Origin: an uncultured Clostridium sp.
Lineage (GTDB): Bacteria; Bacillota; Clostridia; TANB77; CAG-508
Assembly (NCBI GenBank): GCA_946495655.1
Contig: CAMMDS010000001.1
Location: forward strand, 69,324 to 133,323
Direction: 5' to 3'
Length of the DNA: 64,000 bases
In this document: piece by piece, positions 46,734-59,391 of the stretch
Layout: every line of letters begins with the position of its first letter
Numbering within the stretch: the first letter of the stretch is position 1
Notes under the pieces: generated by a model
Seen by the model: the letters and a program-made list of their open reading frames with translations, nothing else
Database searches by the model: none
What the model was told of the DNA's origin: nothing
Translations under genes and position numbers: made by a program

Positions 46734-47294
46734 ATGATAAGCAGAATAACAAAACACATTTTAACTCGGAATGAATGCCGACTCCCCTTGGTAATACCTC
46801 GGGAAGATGGAAAAAACATTCCAACTCATATCACCATTCATGAGACTTCACTTGGTCTCGAAAAAAGGGAAAGTGAGCGGAATGCGGCACACTACATCAA
46901 TCTTTTGGAACATCCAAAAGGCGATCCAAGGTATGGTTATCATTTTCTTTGTGGAGATGATAAAGTTTGGCAGTTTCTTCCTACTTGGGTACGTACAGCC
47001 CATAGTGGCAGCACTGAGGGGAATAGCTCTATTGCTATTGAGCGTCTGGTTAATGTAGATATTAACTTTGATGAAGCTATCAACAACCAGGCAAAACTTG
47101 CTGCTACTCTTATGAATATGTATAACATTCCTATTGAAAATGTTGTACCTCATAAGTATTGGAGTGGTAAAGAATGCCCCGCCAGACTTTTGGCTGGAAT
47201 GTATGGATGGAATTGGGAACGCTTTATTTCTACAGTACAGAAGTACTATGAAAATAAAGATTTCTTCAAAGATGTTGATGAAGGAGTACAGTAA
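46734..47294 (+). CDS. N-acetylmuramoyl-L-alanine amidase (Amidase_2/PGRP fold)
   Basis: Zn-ligand pattern ITIHETS ... VPHKYWSGKECPARL. This + strand gene sits alone in a - strand block and is visibly GC-richer than its neighbours. Confidence 0.8.
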   Translation: MISRITKHILTRNECRLPLVIPREDGKNIPTHITIHETSLGLEKRESERNAAHYINLLEHPKGDPRYGYHFLCGDDKVWQFLPTWVRTAHSGSTEGNSSIAIERLVNVDINFDEAINNQAKLAATLMNMYNIPIENVVPHKYWSGKECPARLLAGMYGWNWERFISTVQKYYENKDFFKDVDEGVQ

Positions 47295-47317
47295 CCGTTA
47301 AACTTTTCAAAACTCCA

Positions 47318-47348
47318 AAACCAGAGGATTAATTTGCCTCTGGTTCTA
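47318..47348. terminator. Bidirectional terminator between the amidase gene and dnaB
   Basis: CCAGAGG attaatttg CCTCTGG, flanked by an A-run and a T-run. Confidence 0.65.
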
Positions 47349-47383
47349 TTTTTTATATAAATATTATTCATAACTTAATAAAG

Positions 47384-48715
47384 TTACTCTCTATACTTAT
47401 CAATATTTGCAAACTTAGTATAGTTGCCAAGCCATAATAATTCTACTGTTCCTGTTGATCCTGCCCTATGCTTAGCTATAATAACTTCTGCAATATTTTT
47501 CTTTTCACTATCTTCATTATAATAATCATCTCTGTATAAGAACATTACAATATCAGCGTCTTGTTCTATTGATCCTGATTCACGAAGGTCAGAAAGCATT
47601 GGTCTATGATCTGGTCTTTGTTCAGGTGCTCTAGATAGCTGTGATAAGGCTATTACTGGTACTTCTATTTCTTTTGCTAGTATCTTTAATGAACGACTAA
47701 TTTCTGCAATTTCTTGCTCACGGCTCGCACCTCTTTTGCCACTTCCCTGTACTAATTGTAAATAGTCTATTACAACTAAACCAATATTTTTTTCTAATTT
47801 CATTTTTCTACATTTAGCACGTATTTCCATTATAGATATACCTGGTGTATCATCAATATATATATTTGATTCTGAAAGCACCCCAGAAGCTTCTGCAAGT
47901 TTAGCCCAATCTTCATCTTCTAATGTTCCAGTTCTTACTTTATTACTATCAACCATTGCTTCTGAACAGAGAATTCTATTTACCATTTGTTCTTTTGACA
48001 TTTCCAAACTGAATATAGCTACTGGCACATTAGCTCTTACTGCTGCATTTGTAGCAATATTTAATGCAAAAGCTGATTTTCCCATTGCAGGTCTTGCTGC
48101 AACTAGAATCAAATCAGAGTTATGAAGACCTGCTGTTCTATAATCTAAATCTGCAAATCCAGTAGGAACACCTGTAATATGCTGTTTTCTATTATATAAT
48201 TGTTCTAATTCTGTAAATGTATCAACTAAAACATCCTTTATTGAGCTATATCCTTTTTGATTTTTGCTCTGCATTACTTCAAAAATCTTCTTTTCAGAAC
48301 TATCTATAATGCTTTCTACTTCTTGAGTTGGGTCATACCCTAGTGTTATTATATCATTAGCTGTTTTTATTAAATTCCTTAAGATTGATTTCTCTTCAAC
48401 TATTTTTATGTATTGGTCTACATTTGATGTAGTTGGAACTTTTTCAGGTAAACTTGCAATATATTCTAGTCCACCCACTGCATCTAATTTTCCCATTGCA
48501 GATAATTCTGATTTTAATGTTATAATATCTATTGGTTCACTTCTATTATATAGATTAAGTATTGCTGTATATATTGTTTTATTATCTTCTCTATAAAAAT
48601 CTTTATCTTTTAGTACTTCTATAGCAGCTGCAACTGCATCTTTATCTGTAAGCATACTACCAATTACTGCTTGCTCTGCTTCTGTATCATTTGGTGGTAC
48701 TTTTCCTAATTCCAT
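47384..48715 (-). CDS. dnaB: Replicative DNA helicase (DnaB/DnaC-Bsu type)
   Basis: PPNDTEAEQAVIGSML N-terminus, Walker A ARPAMGKS, and IDYLQL. The start is placed at MELGK (48715), which has AGGAATGAGGA upstream. Confidence 0.95.
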   Translation of the reverse strand: MELGKVPPNDTEAEQAVIGSMLTDKDAVAAAIEVLKDKDFYREDNKTIYTAILNLYNRSEPIDIITLKSELSAMGKLDAVGGLEYIASLPEKVPTTSNVDQYIKIVEEKSILRNLIKTANDIITLGYDPTQEVESIIDSSEKKIFEVMQSKNQKGYSSIKDVLVDTFTELEQLYNRKQHITGVPTGFADLDYRTAGLHNSDLILVAARPAMGKSAFALNIATNAAVRANVPVAIFSLEMSKEQMVNRILCSEAMVDSNKVRTGTLEDEDWAKLAEASGVLSESNIYIDDTPGISIMEIRAKCRKMKLEKNIGLVVIDYLQLVQGSGKRGASREQEIAEISRSLKILAKEIEVPVIALSQLSRAPEQRPDHRPMLSDLRESGSIEQDADIVMFLYRDDYYNEDSEKKNIAEVIIAKHRAGSTGTVELLWLGNYTKFANIDKYRE

Positions 48716-48753
48716 TTTAATCCTCATTCCTTTCAAGATACGAAATCTAGCTC

Positions 48754-49200
48754 TTATTCGCTTATTACTTGAATTTTTAGGCTTGCAACTACTCCTTCAA
48801 ATAATTTGATTGACACATTAAATTCTCCTAATGTTTTTATAGTTTCTTTTAATTCAATTTTTTTCTTATCTATTACAAAATTGTATTGAGATTTTAGGTT
48901 TTCAGAAATTTCCTTTGCAGTTATTCCCCCAAAAATCTTACCATTTTCACCTGCTTTTACTTTTAATTTTAACATTATTCCTTTTAACTTTTTTGCTAAT
49001 TCTTCTGCATTTTGTTTCTCTACATCTTTCTTAAAACTAGCTGCTTCTTTTTTATTATTTAATTTAGTCATATTTTCTGTATTTGCTTCTACAGCAAGCT
49101 TTTTAGGTAAAAGATAATTTCTTGCATATCCGTCTGCTGCATTTATGATTTCATCTTTTTTTCCTACACCTTTTATATCAGTTAATAATATTACTTTCAT
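48754..49200 (-). CDS. rplI: 50S ribosomal protein L9
   Basis: MKVILLTDIKGVGKKDEIINAADGYARNYLLPKKLA. The ATG at 49200 lies 10 nt after AAGGAG. The GTG at 49209 used by the track is too close to the RBS. Confidence 0.93.
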   Translation of the reverse strand: MKVILLTDIKGVGKKDEIINAADGYARNYLLPKKLAVEANTENMTKLNNKKEAASFKKDVEKQNAEELAKKLKGIMLKLKVKAGENGKIFGGITAKEISENLKSQYNFVIDKKKIELKETIKTLGEFNVSIKLFEGVVASLKIQVISE

Positions 49201-49305
49201 TTTTTTCACTCTCCTTAAGCATTTTTATATTTTTTCTGTGATATATTTTATACTAATTTTAGTCTTTTTTCAAGAAGTTAGGAAACATAAAGAAAATTTT
49301 TATTA

Positions 49306-49394
49306 GAACAAAGCGACGAAGTCGCCCTTTGTTCGTGCCGATTTGAGTTTCCGACTAACAGGAGGAAATCTCAAAGGCGATAGCGATTTCAGCC
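49306..49394 (-). other. GC-rich (about 45%), hairpin-rich ~90-nt segment in the gdpP-rplI spacer; candidate structured RNA or element remnant
   Basis: Hairpins: GAACAAAGCGACgaaGTCGCCCTTTGTTC and GATTTGAGTTTCC...GGAAATCTCAAA. Two further hairpins follow at 49395-49468; the last (AAGCTTGA...TCAAGCTT plus a T-run) looks like the gdpP terminator. Confidence 0.4.
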
Positions 49395-49476
49395 TTTTTT
49401 ATGTAATAAGAAATGAAAAGTTTCCTATTACATAAAAAGCTTGAACCTATTCTGGCTCAAGCTTTTTATGCCAACT

Positions 49477-51462
49477 TTATATTTGTTCGCTAAAATACTC
49501 ATTAATCCTATTTATTAATTCTTGTTTAACTTCATAAATGTCCATTCCTTCTACCTGTGCACCTGCTAATGTTATATGACCTCCACCACCAAGTTTTTCA
49601 AGTATTACCTGCACATTTATATCTCCTATTGATCTACCACTAATACATACTTTATCATTTAATTTTCCTATTACAAATGAAGCTGTAATATTGCTAATTG
49701 TAAGTAATTCATCTGCAGCTTTAGCACATACAACATTCGAATCTTCATCTTCGTCTTCATAAATAGATATTGCAATTGTATCATATACAAGTTCTGCTTT
49801 TCCAATAATATTAGATATTTTATTATATGTATCTAAATCGCTTTGGAACCATTTTTTTACTTTTATAATATCTACTCCGCATTTACGTAGATATGCTGCT
49901 GCTTCAAATGTTCTAACACCTGTTTTGAAAGTAAATGTTTTTGTATCCATCATTATTCCTGCGTATAAAGCTTCTGCTTCAATGCTTGTTAATTCAGGCT
50001 CTGAGCTAGCATATTCAACAAGTTCTGTAACAAGTTCAGATGCAGATGAAGCATATACTTCATGAAATGTAAGTGTTGCACTCTCAATATAGTCTGGACT
50101 TCTTCTATGATGATCTACTACTACTATTTTCTTTATTTTTGATAATAGTTCTGGTGATTCTACATAATTTTTCTTATTTGTATCTACAACAACTAATAAT
50201 GTATCGTCATCTGATTCAGAAATAGCTGTTTGAGGATCCATAATCAAGTTATCATATTGTGAATCTTCTTTTAATTCATTTAAAAATGCTGTTAAATTTT
50301 CACCTTTTGGATTAAGTACTAAATGCACTTCTTTTTCTAATTTTGTAGCTAGTCTATATATTCCCATACTTGCTCCAATACAGTCCATATCAGGATTATT
50401 ATGTCCCATCACTAATACTTTACTTGATTCAGTAATTAATCCTTCTAATGCATGAGCAATAATTCTTGCTTTTACTTTAGTCCTTTTCTCTAATTCTTGT
50501 GTCCTACCTCCAAAAAATGTATATTTATCTCCCTCATGGATAACTGCTTGATCTCCTCCACGACCTAAAACTATATCAAGTGCTGCTTGGGCAGTTTTGT
50601 ATTTTTCAAGATTTGTAACTCCATCATTTGATATTGCTATACTTAGTGTAAATTGCATTTTATCAGATGGTTGTAATTCTTTAATTGTATCTAATATATC
50701 AAATTTTCTATCTTCAATTTCTTTTACATATTGTTTTTCAAAAATACATACAAATGTATCTCTTTCAGATTTTAATATTAATCCTTTATATTCAGATGCC
50801 CAATCATAAAGTCTTTTTTCTATCTCAGCCATTAATTGTGGTTTTTCATCATCTGCTATTCTTTGTATTATCTCTTCATAGTTGTCTATCATAATGAGTC
50901 CGATATACATATCTTTATTATCAAACAAACTCTCTAATTCCACTAACTTTGTATCATCCACAAAATATATTGTGATTATATATTCATCTTTTAGTGGCAT
51001 ATAATCTCCATAAAGTTTATATGTTTTTTTGTCAATCTTAATTTCATCATAAATTTTTTCTTTTTTATCATTATTCTTTATTTCTAATTTAACATCATCT
51101 AAAATCTTAGTTAAATAATTATTTATATCAATATTTGCAAATTCTTGATTAAATTTTGTATTTCTAAATATCAAATTTCCATTTGTTTCTGCTATTACTA
51201 ATGGAAATGGTGAATTTACTAAGGCTATTTTAGCTACTTTATCTAAACTAAAAGTTAAACTTTTTATATGTTCTGTTAATTCTTCTTGTCTTTTATTATT
51301 TGTCCAATATGCATATACTAAAAGAAGTGCATATATGATAATTGAAGGTATTATACACCATGTATTATATACACAAATAATTACTAAAAGTATTGCAATT
51401 ATAGCTAAATAAATTTTTGTTTTTGATATTATCTTTTCTAAAACCTTTTTACTATGGTTCAT
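49477..51462 (-). CDS. gdpP: GdpP/YybT-type DHH-DHHA1 phosphodiesterase (c-di-AMP phosphodiesterase family)
   Basis: Two N-terminal TM helices, PAS-like and degenerate GGDEF regions, DHH (VVDHHR) and GGGH. The yybT-rplI-dnaB order is conserved. Confidence 0.88.
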   Translation of the reverse strand: MNHSKKVLEKIISKTKIYLAIIAILLVIICVYNTWCIIPSIIIYALLLVYAYWTNNKRQEELTEHIKSLTFSLDKVAKIALVNSPFPLVIAETNGNLIFRNTKFNQEFANIDINNYLTKILDDVKLEIKNNDKKEKIYDEIKIDKKTYKLYGDYMPLKDEYIITIYFVDDTKLVELESLFDNKDMYIGLIMIDNYEEIIQRIADDEKPQLMAEIEKRLYDWASEYKGLILKSERDTFVCIFEKQYVKEIEDRKFDILDTIKELQPSDKMQFTLSIAISNDGVTNLEKYKTAQAALDIVLGRGGDQAVIHEGDKYTFFGGRTQELEKRTKVKARIIAHALEGLITESSKVLVMGHNNPDMDCIGASMGIYRLATKLEKEVHLVLNPKGENLTAFLNELKEDSQYDNLIMDPQTAISESDDDTLLVVVDTNKKNYVESPELLSKIKKIVVVDHHRRSPDYIESATLTFHEVYASSASELVTELVEYASSEPELTSIEAEALYAGIMMDTKTFTFKTGVRTFEAAAYLRKCGVDIIKVKKWFQSDLDTYNKISNIIGKAELVYDTIAISIYEDEDEDSNVVCAKAADELLTISNITASFVIGKLNDKVCISGRSIGDINVQVILEKLGGGGHITLAGAQVEGMDIYEVKQELINRINEYFSEQI

Positions 51463-51622
51463 TCAAACCTCCTAAAACATTATATATTTTACTATTTTTA
51501 GAAGGTTTTGTCAAGGCTACATAATGTTGTTAACATGATTTAACTAGTCTCAAATTTGATTTTTGATTAAAGAAGAGACGTATTTTAATAAAACACGTCT
51601 CTTCTCTCTATATAATATAATT

Positions 51623-54600
51623 TTACTCTTCTACAGTCTCTTCTTTGTCTTCGACTTTTCCTTGTTCTTCAGTATTTATATGAAGATTTTTATATGCAGC
51701 CATACCAGTACCTGCTGGAATTAATTTACCAATAATAACATTTTCTTTTAGTCCTATTAATTCATCAACTTTACCTTTTACTGCAGCTTCTGTAAGAACT
51801 CTTGTTGTTTCTTGGAATGATGCTGCTGATAAGAAGCTTTCAGTAGCAAGTGATGCTTTAGTAATTCCAAGTAATACACGTTTATATGTTGCTGGTCTAC
51901 CGCCTTCTGCTAAAACTTTTTCATTAGCATCTTCTACTTCATATATATCTACTAATGAACCTGCAAATAGTGGTGTATCTCCATTGTCTTCTACTCTTAC
52001 TTTCTTAAGCATTTGTCTTGCAATAACTTCAACGTGTTTATCATTAATGTCAACACCTTGGTTTCTATATACTTTTTGTACTTCTTGTACTAAGTATAAG
52101 TAAACTCCATCAGCTCCATTAATTGCTAAAATTTCATTAGGATTTATAGAACCTTCTGTAATTGGAGCTCCTGCTTTTATTTCGTCTCCCTCTCTTACAC
52201 GAAGTTTAGATCCAAATGGTATAGTATATGTTTTGCTATCGTCTTTTCCTGTAACAGTAACTTCTTTTCTATTTTTGTCATCTGAAATGCTAACTTTACC
52301 GTCAATTTCTGTAATAATTGCAAGTCCCTTTGGTTTACGAGCTTCAAATAGCTCCTCAACTCTAGGAAGACCTTGTGTAATATCTGCAACACCTGCAACA
52401 CCGCCAGAGTGGATAGTTCTCATTGTAAGCTGTGTACCAGGCTCACCAATTGATTGTGCTGCTATAATACCAACTGATTCTCCTATATTGACTTCTTCAC
52501 GAGTAGCTAAGCCCATTCCATAACATTTAGCACAAACACCATGTTTTGTTCTACATTCTAATACTGAACGAACTTTAACACTTGTGATTCCTGCAGCAAC
52601 TATTTCATCTGCAATATTTTCAGTAATTAGAGTCTCTTTATCCACAATTAATTCTTTTGTTTGTGGATTATATATATCTTCTAATGGATATCTACCAAGT
52701 AATCTTTCTTCCATTTTTTCAACTACTTGATTTCCATCTTTAATATCAGATACTTCTATTCCTTTTGTAGTTCCACAATCATGTTCTCTAACAATTATAT
52801 CTTGTGATACATCAACAAGTCTTCTTGTTAAGTAACCAGAGTCTGCTGTTCTTAAAGCTGTATCTGCCAATCCTTTTCTAGCACCATGTGCAGAAATGAA
52901 GTATTCTAGAGCATCTAGGCCCTCTCTAAATGATGAAGTGATTGGTATTTCAACTGTTTTACCAGTTGTAGATGCCATAAGACCACGCATACCTGCTATT
53001 TGTCTTAATTGGTTTAAGTTACCTCTTGCTCCAGATTCTGACATCATATATACTGGGTTTAATTTTTCAAAATTATCTTTCATTGCATCTGTTACTTTAT
53101 CTGTAGCTTGTTCCCAGATTTTTATTACAGAGTTGTATCTCTCTTCATCTGTTATCAAACCACGTCTATATTGTTTTGTAACATTATCAACTTGAGCCCC
53201 AGCATCTTCAAGTATTTGTTTTTTAGCAGGTGGTACTTTAACATCATCAACTGATACTGTAATACCAGCTGTTGTTGAATATTTGTATCCTGTTGCTTTA
53301 ATATAGTCTAGAAGTTCTGCAGTTTTACTTAATCCATGTTTATTAATACATTTAGCAATGATTTTCCCAAGATTTTTCTTCATTACTGTGAAGTTTAATT
53401 CTGGTTCAAACATTGTTTCAGGATTTGTTCTATCTACGAAACCTAAGTCTTGTGGAATTCCTTCATTGTATATAAGTCTTCCTACTGTAGTTTTTACAAA
53501 TTTACTCTTTTCTTCTCCATCAATTTTCTTAGTAATTTTTACATTTACCATCGCATGCATTCCTAAGTCATGATTTACATTAGCCATTATTGCTTCTTCT
53601 GGAGATGAATAGTATCCACCTTCGCCTGGCTCTCCTGGTACTTCCATTGTTAAATAATATGCACCTAAAATCATATCTTGTGTAGGTACTGTAACTGGTT
53701 TACCATCTTGTGGTTTTAAAAGGTTGTTTACAGAAAGCATTAAATATCTTGCTTCTGATTGAGCTTCTGGTGATAATGGCAAGTGAATAGCCATTTGATC
53801 ACCATCGAAGTCAGCATTAAATGCTGTACAAACTAATGGGTGTAATTTAATTGCTCTACCCTCAACTAAAACTGGTTCAAATGCTTGGATACCAAGTCTA
53901 TGTAGTGTAGGAGCACGGTTTAACATTACAGGATGATCTTTTATAACATCCTCTAATATATCCCATACTTCTGGACGTAATCTTTCTACCATTCTTTTTG
54001 CATTTTTAATATTGTGTGCAATTCCACGTCCAACTAATTCTCTCATAACAAATGGTTTGAATAACTCAACTGCCATTTCTTTTGGAAGACCACATTGATA
54101 GATTTTAAGTTCTGGACCTACAACGATAACTGAACGTCCTGAATAATCAACACGTTTTCCAAGTAGGTTTTGTCTAAATCTACCTTGTTTTCCTTTTAAT
54201 AAATCTGATAATGATTTTAAAGGTCTATTTCCAGCACCTGTTACTGGTCTACCACGTCTTCCATTATCTATTAATGCATCTACAGATTCTTGTAACATTC
54301 TTTTTTCATTTCTTACAATTATTTCTGGTGCACCTAATTCTAATAATCTCTTTAATCTGTTATTTCTATTAATAACTCTTCTATATAAATCATTTAAATC
54401 TGATGTAGCAAATCTACCACCATCTAACTGAACCATAGGTCTTAAATCTGGTGGAATGACTGGTACAACACTCATTACCATCCATTCAGGTCTATTTCCT
54501 GACATTCTAAATGATTCTACAGTATCTAATCTTTTTACAATTTTTGCTTTCTTTTGTTCGCTTGCTTTTTCTAATTCTTTTTTTAGTTTTGCTGATAATT

Positions 54601-55159
54601 TATCTAAGTCAATTTCTTCTAATAATGTTCTTATAGCTTCTGCTCCCATTTCAGCTTTGAAAGAACCTTTTCCATATTTTTCTTCTGCCTCATGATATTC
54701 TTTTTCAGATAAAACTTGTGCTTTTGAAAGTCCTGAAGTTCCTTTATCTGTAACTATGTATGAAGCAAAGTATATAACTCTTTCTAAGCTTCTTGGTGAA
54801 ACATCTAACATAAGACCTATTCTGCTTGGTATTCCTTTAAAATACCAAATATGTGCTACTGGTGCTGCAAGTTCTATATGTCCCATTCTTTCACGTCTTA
54901 CTTTTGCTTTTGTAACTTCAACACCACATCTGTCGCACACTATTCCTTTATATCTTACTCTTTTATATTTACCACAATGACATTCCCAGTCTTTTGTAGG
55001 TCCAAATATTCTCTCACAGAACAAACCATCTCTTTCTGGTTTTAAAGTTCTGTAGTTTATTGTCTCTGGTTTTTTTACTTCGCCTTTAGACCATTCTCTT
55101 ATTTTCTCATCTGATGCTATACCTATTTTGATTTTATCAAATATATCTAATTCGTCCAC
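51623..55159 (-). CDS. rpoC: RNA polymerase beta' subunit
   Basis: NADFDGD catalytic motif and zinc-binding Cys clusters. The start is placed at the GTG (V)[15 protein letters not shown] (55159), which has AAGGGGG upstream. The track begins at a TTG at 55201. Confidence 0.97.
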   Translation of the reverse strand: MDELDIFDKIKIGIASDEKIREWSKGEVKKPETINYRTLKPERDGLFCERIFGPTKDWECHCGKYKRVRYKGIVCDRCGVEVTKAKVRRERMGHIELAAPVAHIWYFKGIPSRIGLMLDVSPRSLERVIYFASYIVTDKGTSGLSKAQVLSEKEYHEAEEKYGKGSFKAEMGAEAIRTLLEEIDLDKLSAKLKKELEKASEQKKAKIVKRLDTVESFRMSGNRPEWMVMSVVPVIPPDLRPMVQLDGGRFATSDLNDLYRRVINRNNRLKRLLELGAPEIIVRNEKRMLQESVDALIDNGRRGRPVTGAGNRPLKSLSDLLKGKQGRFRQNLLGKRVDYSGRSVIVVGPELKIYQCGLPKEMAVELFKPFVMRELVGRGIAHNIKNAKRMVERLRPEVWDILEDVIKDHPVMLNRAPTLHRLGIQAFEPVLVEGRAIKLHPLVCTAFNADFDGDQMAIHLPLSPEAQSEARYLMLSVNNLLKPQDGKPVTVPTQDMILGAYYLTMEVPGEPGEGGYYSSPEEAIMANVNHDLGMHAMVNVKITKKIDGEEKSKFVKTTVGRLIYNEGIPQDLGFVDRTNPETMFEPELNFTVMKKNLGKIIAKCINKHGLSKTAELLDYIKATGYKYSTTAGITVSVDDVKVPPAKKQILEDAGAQVDNVTKQYRRGLITDEERYNSVIKIWEQATDKVTDAMKDNFEKLNPVYMMSESGARGNLNQLRQIAGMRGLMASTTGKTVEIPITSSFREGLDALEYFISAHGARKGLADTALRTADSGYLTRRLVDVSQDIIVREHDCGTTKGIEVSDIKDGNQVVEKMEERLLGRYPLEDIYNPQTKELIVDKETLITENIADEIVAAGITSVKVRSVLECRTKHGVCAKCYGMGLATREEVNIGESVGIIAAQSIGEPGTQLTMRTIHSGGVAGVADITQGLPRVEELFEARKPKGLAIITEIDGKVSISDDKNRKEVTVTGKDDSKTYTIPFGSKLRVREGDEIKAGAPITEGSINPNEILAINGADGVYLYLVQEVQKVYRNQGVDINDKHVEVIARQMLKKVRVEDNGDTPLFAGSLVDIYEVEDANEKVLAEGGRPATYKRVLLGITKASLATESFLSAASFQETTRVLTEAAVKGKVDELIGLKENVIIGKLIPAGTGMAAYKNLHINTEEQGKVEDKEETVEE

Positions 55160-55295
55160 TCGGTTTAGCCCCCTTGAATATTTATTTTCTTTGTTTCTCA
55201 AGAGTTTTTAAGTTCTACACCGCTGAGCAATTCCTTTAAGTTAACTTAAAAACTCTTTTTAAAACTATTTAATTATTAAGTTCTTATTTATCTAT

Positions 55296-58200
55296 TTACT
55301 CTTCATCATCTAAAATATCTTGATCGTTCAAAAGATTGTCCATTCCTAAATCAGTATCTGCAAGTTCTATTTCTTCATCAGATAATTCTTCAAATAGAGT
55401 TTCATCATCTTCTTGCTCTTCATCTGCTAACACTGCTTCTTCTTCATATCCATCATGAAGATCATTCATATCTATGACATCACTACCCATTTTCTTGTCA
55501 TCTATATTAAAGTCTATACCGTCATCGATATTCTCTTTTAATTCCAATTCTTGATTATCTGGCGAAAGAAGTCTTACATCTAAGCCCAACGCTTGAAGTT
55601 CTTTAATTAACACTTTAAATCCTTCTGGTACACCAGGTTCTGGAACATTTTCACCTTTAACAATTGCTTCATATGTTTTAACACGTCCAATTGTATCATC
55701 AGATTTAACAGTAAGCATTTCTTGTAATGTGTATGCTGCACCATATGCTTCCAATGCCCAAACTTCCATCTCTCCAAAACGTTGTCCACCAAATTGTGCT
55801 TTACCTCCAAGAGGTTGTTGTGTAACTAATGAGTATGGTCCAGTTGAACGAGCATGTATTTTATCATCAACTAAGTGATGTAGTTTTAACATGTACATAA
55901 CACCAACTGTTACTGGGTGGTCAAATGGATCTCCTGTTCTACCATCGTATAAAGTTGTTTTTCCATCTTCTGAATAACCAGATTTTCTAAATAACTCTCT
56001 TATTTCTTCATCTGTAGCACCATCAAATACTGGTGTTGCAACTTTCCATCCTAATAGTTTTGCTGCCATTCCCAAGTGAACTTCTAGAACTTGACCCAAG
56101 TTCATACGAGAAGGAACACCAAGTGGGTTTAAAACTATATCTACTGGAGTACCATCTGGCATAAATGGCATATCTTCTTCTGGTAATATTCTTGATATAA
56201 CACCTTTGTTACCATGACGTCCAGCCATTTTATCTCCAACTGATATTTTTCTTTTTTGAGCTATATAGCAACGAATTATTTGATTTACACCAGGTCCTAA
56301 TTCATCTGAATTTTCTCTAGTAAATATCTTAACATCTACTATAGTACCTTGTTCTCCGTGTGGAACACGAAGTGATGTATCTCTAACTTCTCTTGCTTTT
56401 TCTCCAAATATTGCACGAAGTAATCTTTCTTCTGCTGTAAGTTCTGTTTCACCTTTTGGAGTAACTTTACCTACTAATATATCTCCTGGTCTTACTTCTG
56501 CACCAATACGTATAATTCCGTTTTCATCTAGGTCTTTTAATACATCATCACCAACATTTGGAATATCTCTTGTAATTTCTTCTGGTCCAAGTTTTGTATC
56601 ACGGCATTCACAATCATATTCTTCTATATGAATTGATGTATATACATCTTCTTTAACAAGTCTTTCACTTATTAAAACAGCATCTTCGTAGTTGTAACCT
56701 TCCCAAGTAGTAAATGCTATTAAAACATTTCTGCCAAGTGCCATTTCTCCGTTTTTTGTTGAAGGTCCATCAGCTAATAAATCACCTTCATTAACTTTTT
56801 CACCACGAACAACTACTGGTCTTTGGTTTATACATGTACCACCATTTGTTCTTTTGAACTTTCTTAATTTATATGTATCTATTCCATCTTTATTATTTCT
56901 TACAATGATTTCATCACCAGTTACTTTTTCTACAACACCTGCATTTTTTGCAGTAACTGTGATTCCAGAATCTTTTGCAGCTCTGTATTCAATACCTGTT
57001 CCAACTATTGGAGATTCTGGCATTAAAAGTGGAACTGCTTGACGTTGCATGTTAGCACCCATTAAAGAACGCTTTGCATCATCATGCTCAACGAATGGAA
57101 TCATCGCTGCAGCAACAGATACAAGTTGTTTTGGAGAAACATCTACAAAGTCAACTCTTGATTTGTCAACCATTGTAATTTCTTCTCTCATTCTAACTTT
57201 TATTCTGTCATTTACAAATCTACCATCTTTGTCTAGTGGCTCAGATGCTTGTGCGATTATGTATTTATCCTCTTCATCTGCTGGCATATATACAATCTCA
57301 TCAGTTACTTTGCCTGTTTCATGATCTACTTTTCTATATGGTGTTTCAATAAATCCATATTCATTTATTGTAGCAAATGATGAAAGTGCTGATATAAGCC
57401 CAACGTTTGGTCCTTCAGGTGATTCTATTGGACATAATCTACCATAGTGAGTATAGTGAATATCTCTAACTTCGAATCCTGCTCTTTCTCTTGAAAGACC
57501 TCCAGGTCCTAATGCTGAAATTCTTCTTTTATGTGTAAGCTCAGAAAGTGGATTTGATTGATCCATGAATTGTGATAATTGTGAGCTTCCGAAGAATTCT
57601 CTTATTGATGATGTTATTGGTTTTGTATTAATTAATGTTTGTGGTGTAACAACATCTAAATCTTGAATTGTCATTCTTTCACGAACTACTCTTTCAAGTC
57701 TTGTTAAACCAATTCTAAATTGATTTTGTAAAAGTTCACCAACACATCTAATACGTCTATTTCCTAAATGATCTATATCATCAATTACTCCTAGTCCGTT
57801 GTCCAAATTCAATAGATAACTTATTGAAGCTATTATGTCTTCTGTAGTAATATGTCTTGGCACTAATTCTTCATATCTTTCTTTGATAACGTCATGTAAT
57901 TTATCTTCTTCAGTACTATCTATTATAGATTTTAATACATTGTAATTTACATATTCTTTAATATGAATATCACTTACATCAACGTTTGGTAAGAATTTAT
58001 GAATGTTTACAGTTCCATTTCCTATTACTCTTACTTTTCTGTCATCCAATTTGATGTCTACTATATTTATACCTGTGTTTTGGATGTTTTCTGCAATTTC
58101 TTCAGAAATCACATTGTCTTTTTCCACAAGTACTTCACCTGTTTCAGGATCAATAATATCATCAAAAGCAACTTTTCCTGTAATTCTTGATGCTAGACTT

Positions 58201-59033
58201 AATTTTTTATTAAATTTATATCTTCCTACTTTTGCTAGGTCATATCTTCTTGGATCAAAGAATAATCCATTAAATAAATTTCTAGCAGCATCAACTGTTG
58301 GAAGTTCTCCCGGTCTTAATTTTTTATATATTTCAATTAATGCATCATCTTGTGTTTTAATAGGATCTTTTTGAATTGTAGCTGTAATTTTAGCTTCTTC
58401 TCCAAATAATTCTACTATTTGTTCATCTGTAATGACACCAATTGCACGAAGTAATGATGTAACAGGTATTTTTCTTGTTCTATCAACTCTTGCCCAGAAT
58501 ACGTCATTTGCATCTGTTTCATATTCTATCCAAGCACCTCTTAAAGGCATAACTGTTGATGTATATATTTTCTTTCCTGTTTTATCGTAAGCTGAATCAT
58601 AGTAACAACCTGGTGAACGAACCAACTGGCTTACTACAACTCTTTCTGCACCATTGATTATAAAAGTACCACTATCAGTCATAAGTGGGAAATCTCCAAG
58701 ATATATTTCTTGCTCTTTAATTTCACCTGTTTCACGATTGATAAGTCTTACTTTAACATGTAGTCTTGTTGAATATGTAGCATCTCTCTCTTTAGCTTCT
58801 TCTACTGTGTATTTAGTTTTGTCTTCCATGTAATAATCAAGGAATTCTAGAATCAAATTTCCTGAATAATCGATTATTGGAGATATATCTTTTAATATTT
58901 CTCCTAGTCCCTCTTCTACGAACCAGTCGTAAGAATCTTTTTGGACTTTAATCAAGTTTGGCATTTCGATTGAATCGCCGATTTTTGCAAAAGTCTTACG
59001 AGAGCATTTCTCGTGTTTAATTTCTTTTACCAA
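55296..59033 (-). CDS. rpoB: RNA polymerase beta subunit
   Basis: 1245 aa with conserved blocks throughout and an acidic C-terminal tail. Confidence 0.98.
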   Translation of the reverse strand: MVKEIKHEKCSRKTFAKIGDSIEMPNLIKVQKDSYDWFVEEGLGEILKDISPIIDYSGNLILEFLDYYMEDKTKYTVEEAKERDATYSTRLHVKVRLINRETGEIKEQEIYLGDFPLMTDSGTFIINGAERVVVSQLVRSPGCYYDSAYDKTGKKIYTSTVMPLRGAWIEYETDANDVFWARVDRTRKIPVTSLLRAIGVITDEQIVELFGEEAKITATIQKDPIKTQDDALIEIYKKLRPGELPTVDAARNLFNGLFFDPRRYDLAKVGRYKFNKKLSLASRITGKVAFDDIIDPETGEVLVEKDNVISEEIAENIQNTGINIVDIKLDDRKVRVIGNGTVNIHKFLPNVDVSDIHIKEYVNYNVLKSIIDSTEEDKLHDVIKERYEELVPRHITTEDIIASISYLLNLDNGLGVIDDIDHLGNRRIRCVGELLQNQFRIGLTRLERVVRERMTIQDLDVVTPQTLINTKPITSSIREFFGSSQLSQFMDQSNPLSELTHKRRISALGPGGLSRERAGFEVRDIHYTHYGRLCPIESPEGPNVGLISALSSFATINEYGFIETPYRKVDHETGKVTDEIVYMPADEEDKYIIAQASEPLDKDGRFVNDRIKVRMREEITMVDKSRVDFVDVSPKQLVSVAAAMIPFVEHDDAKRSLMGANMQRQAVPLLMPESPIVGTGIEYRAAKDSGITVTAKNAGVVEKVTGDEIIVRNNKDGIDTYKLRKFKRTNGGTCINQRPVVVRGEKVNEGDLLADGPSTKNGEMALGRNVLIAFTTWEGYNYEDAVLISERLVKEDVYTSIHIEEYDCECRDTKLGPEEITRDIPNVGDDVLKDLDENGIIRIGAEVRPGDILVGKVTPKGETELTAEERLLRAIFGEKAREVRDTSLRVPHGEQGTIVDVKIFTRENSDELGPGVNQIIRCYIAQKRKISVGDKMAGRHGNKGVISRILPEEDMPFMPDGTPVDIVLNPLGVPSRMNLGQVLEVHLGMAAKLLGWKVATPVFDGATDEEIRELFRKSGYSEDGKTTLYDGRTGDPFDHPVTVGVMYMLKLHHLVDDKIHARSTGPYSLVTQQPLGGKAQFGGQRFGEMEVWALEAYGAAYTLQEMLTVKSDDTIGRVKTYEAIVKGENVPEPGVPEGFKVLIKELQALGLDVRLLSPDNQELELKENIDDGIDFNIDDKKMGSDVIDMNDLHDGYEEEAVLADEEQEDDETLFEELSDEEIELADTDLGMDNLLNDQDILDDEE

Positions 59034-59230
59034 AGAAAATCACCCCTAAAAAAGATTAAGCAGAATTAAAATATATATTCTTTGCTTAAGAAGTCCCTCT
59101 TGTAAACAATATTATGTATACGTTTTTTGAGGCTTACTGCTCCCTAACCCCTTATTTCCGTAAATAATATTGAATCAATTCCTCTTCTTTACAAATTTAC
59201 ATAACGAATAAAAAACGGCAATAAAAAGGC

Positions 59231-59264
59231 AGGTTGGTAGAATTTATTTTTTTACCAACTAACC
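59231..59264 (-). terminator. Terminator/attenuator-like hairpin in the region upstream of rpoB
   Basis: On the - strand: GGTTAGTTGGTA aaaaaataaattc TACCAACCTGCC, followed by TTTTTATTGCCGTTTTTT. Confidence 0.4.
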
Positions 59265-59391
59265 TTCTTCTGTTTGTTTGTTAAAATTTATTCTCTAAAA
59301 TTAATATTTTTATATTAATCACCCTTAGTTTAAATTAAGAGTTTATTTAAGTTTTACCACGCCGAACGATAAAACTCCCATGATATATTAT

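Noticed and set aside
46807-47153. Four extra ORFs (both strands) inside the amidase gene.
   Set aside because: They are by-products of the locally higher GC content, which means fewer stops. Only the 46734..47294 frame has the amidase Zn-ligand signature.
49306-49394. The GC-rich intergenic block as a tRNA or other standard RNA gene.
   Set aside because: I could not fold it into a cloverleaf. It has no GTTCGAATC-type T-loop and no anticodon-arm geometry. No tRNA or rRNA was recognised anywhere in the window.
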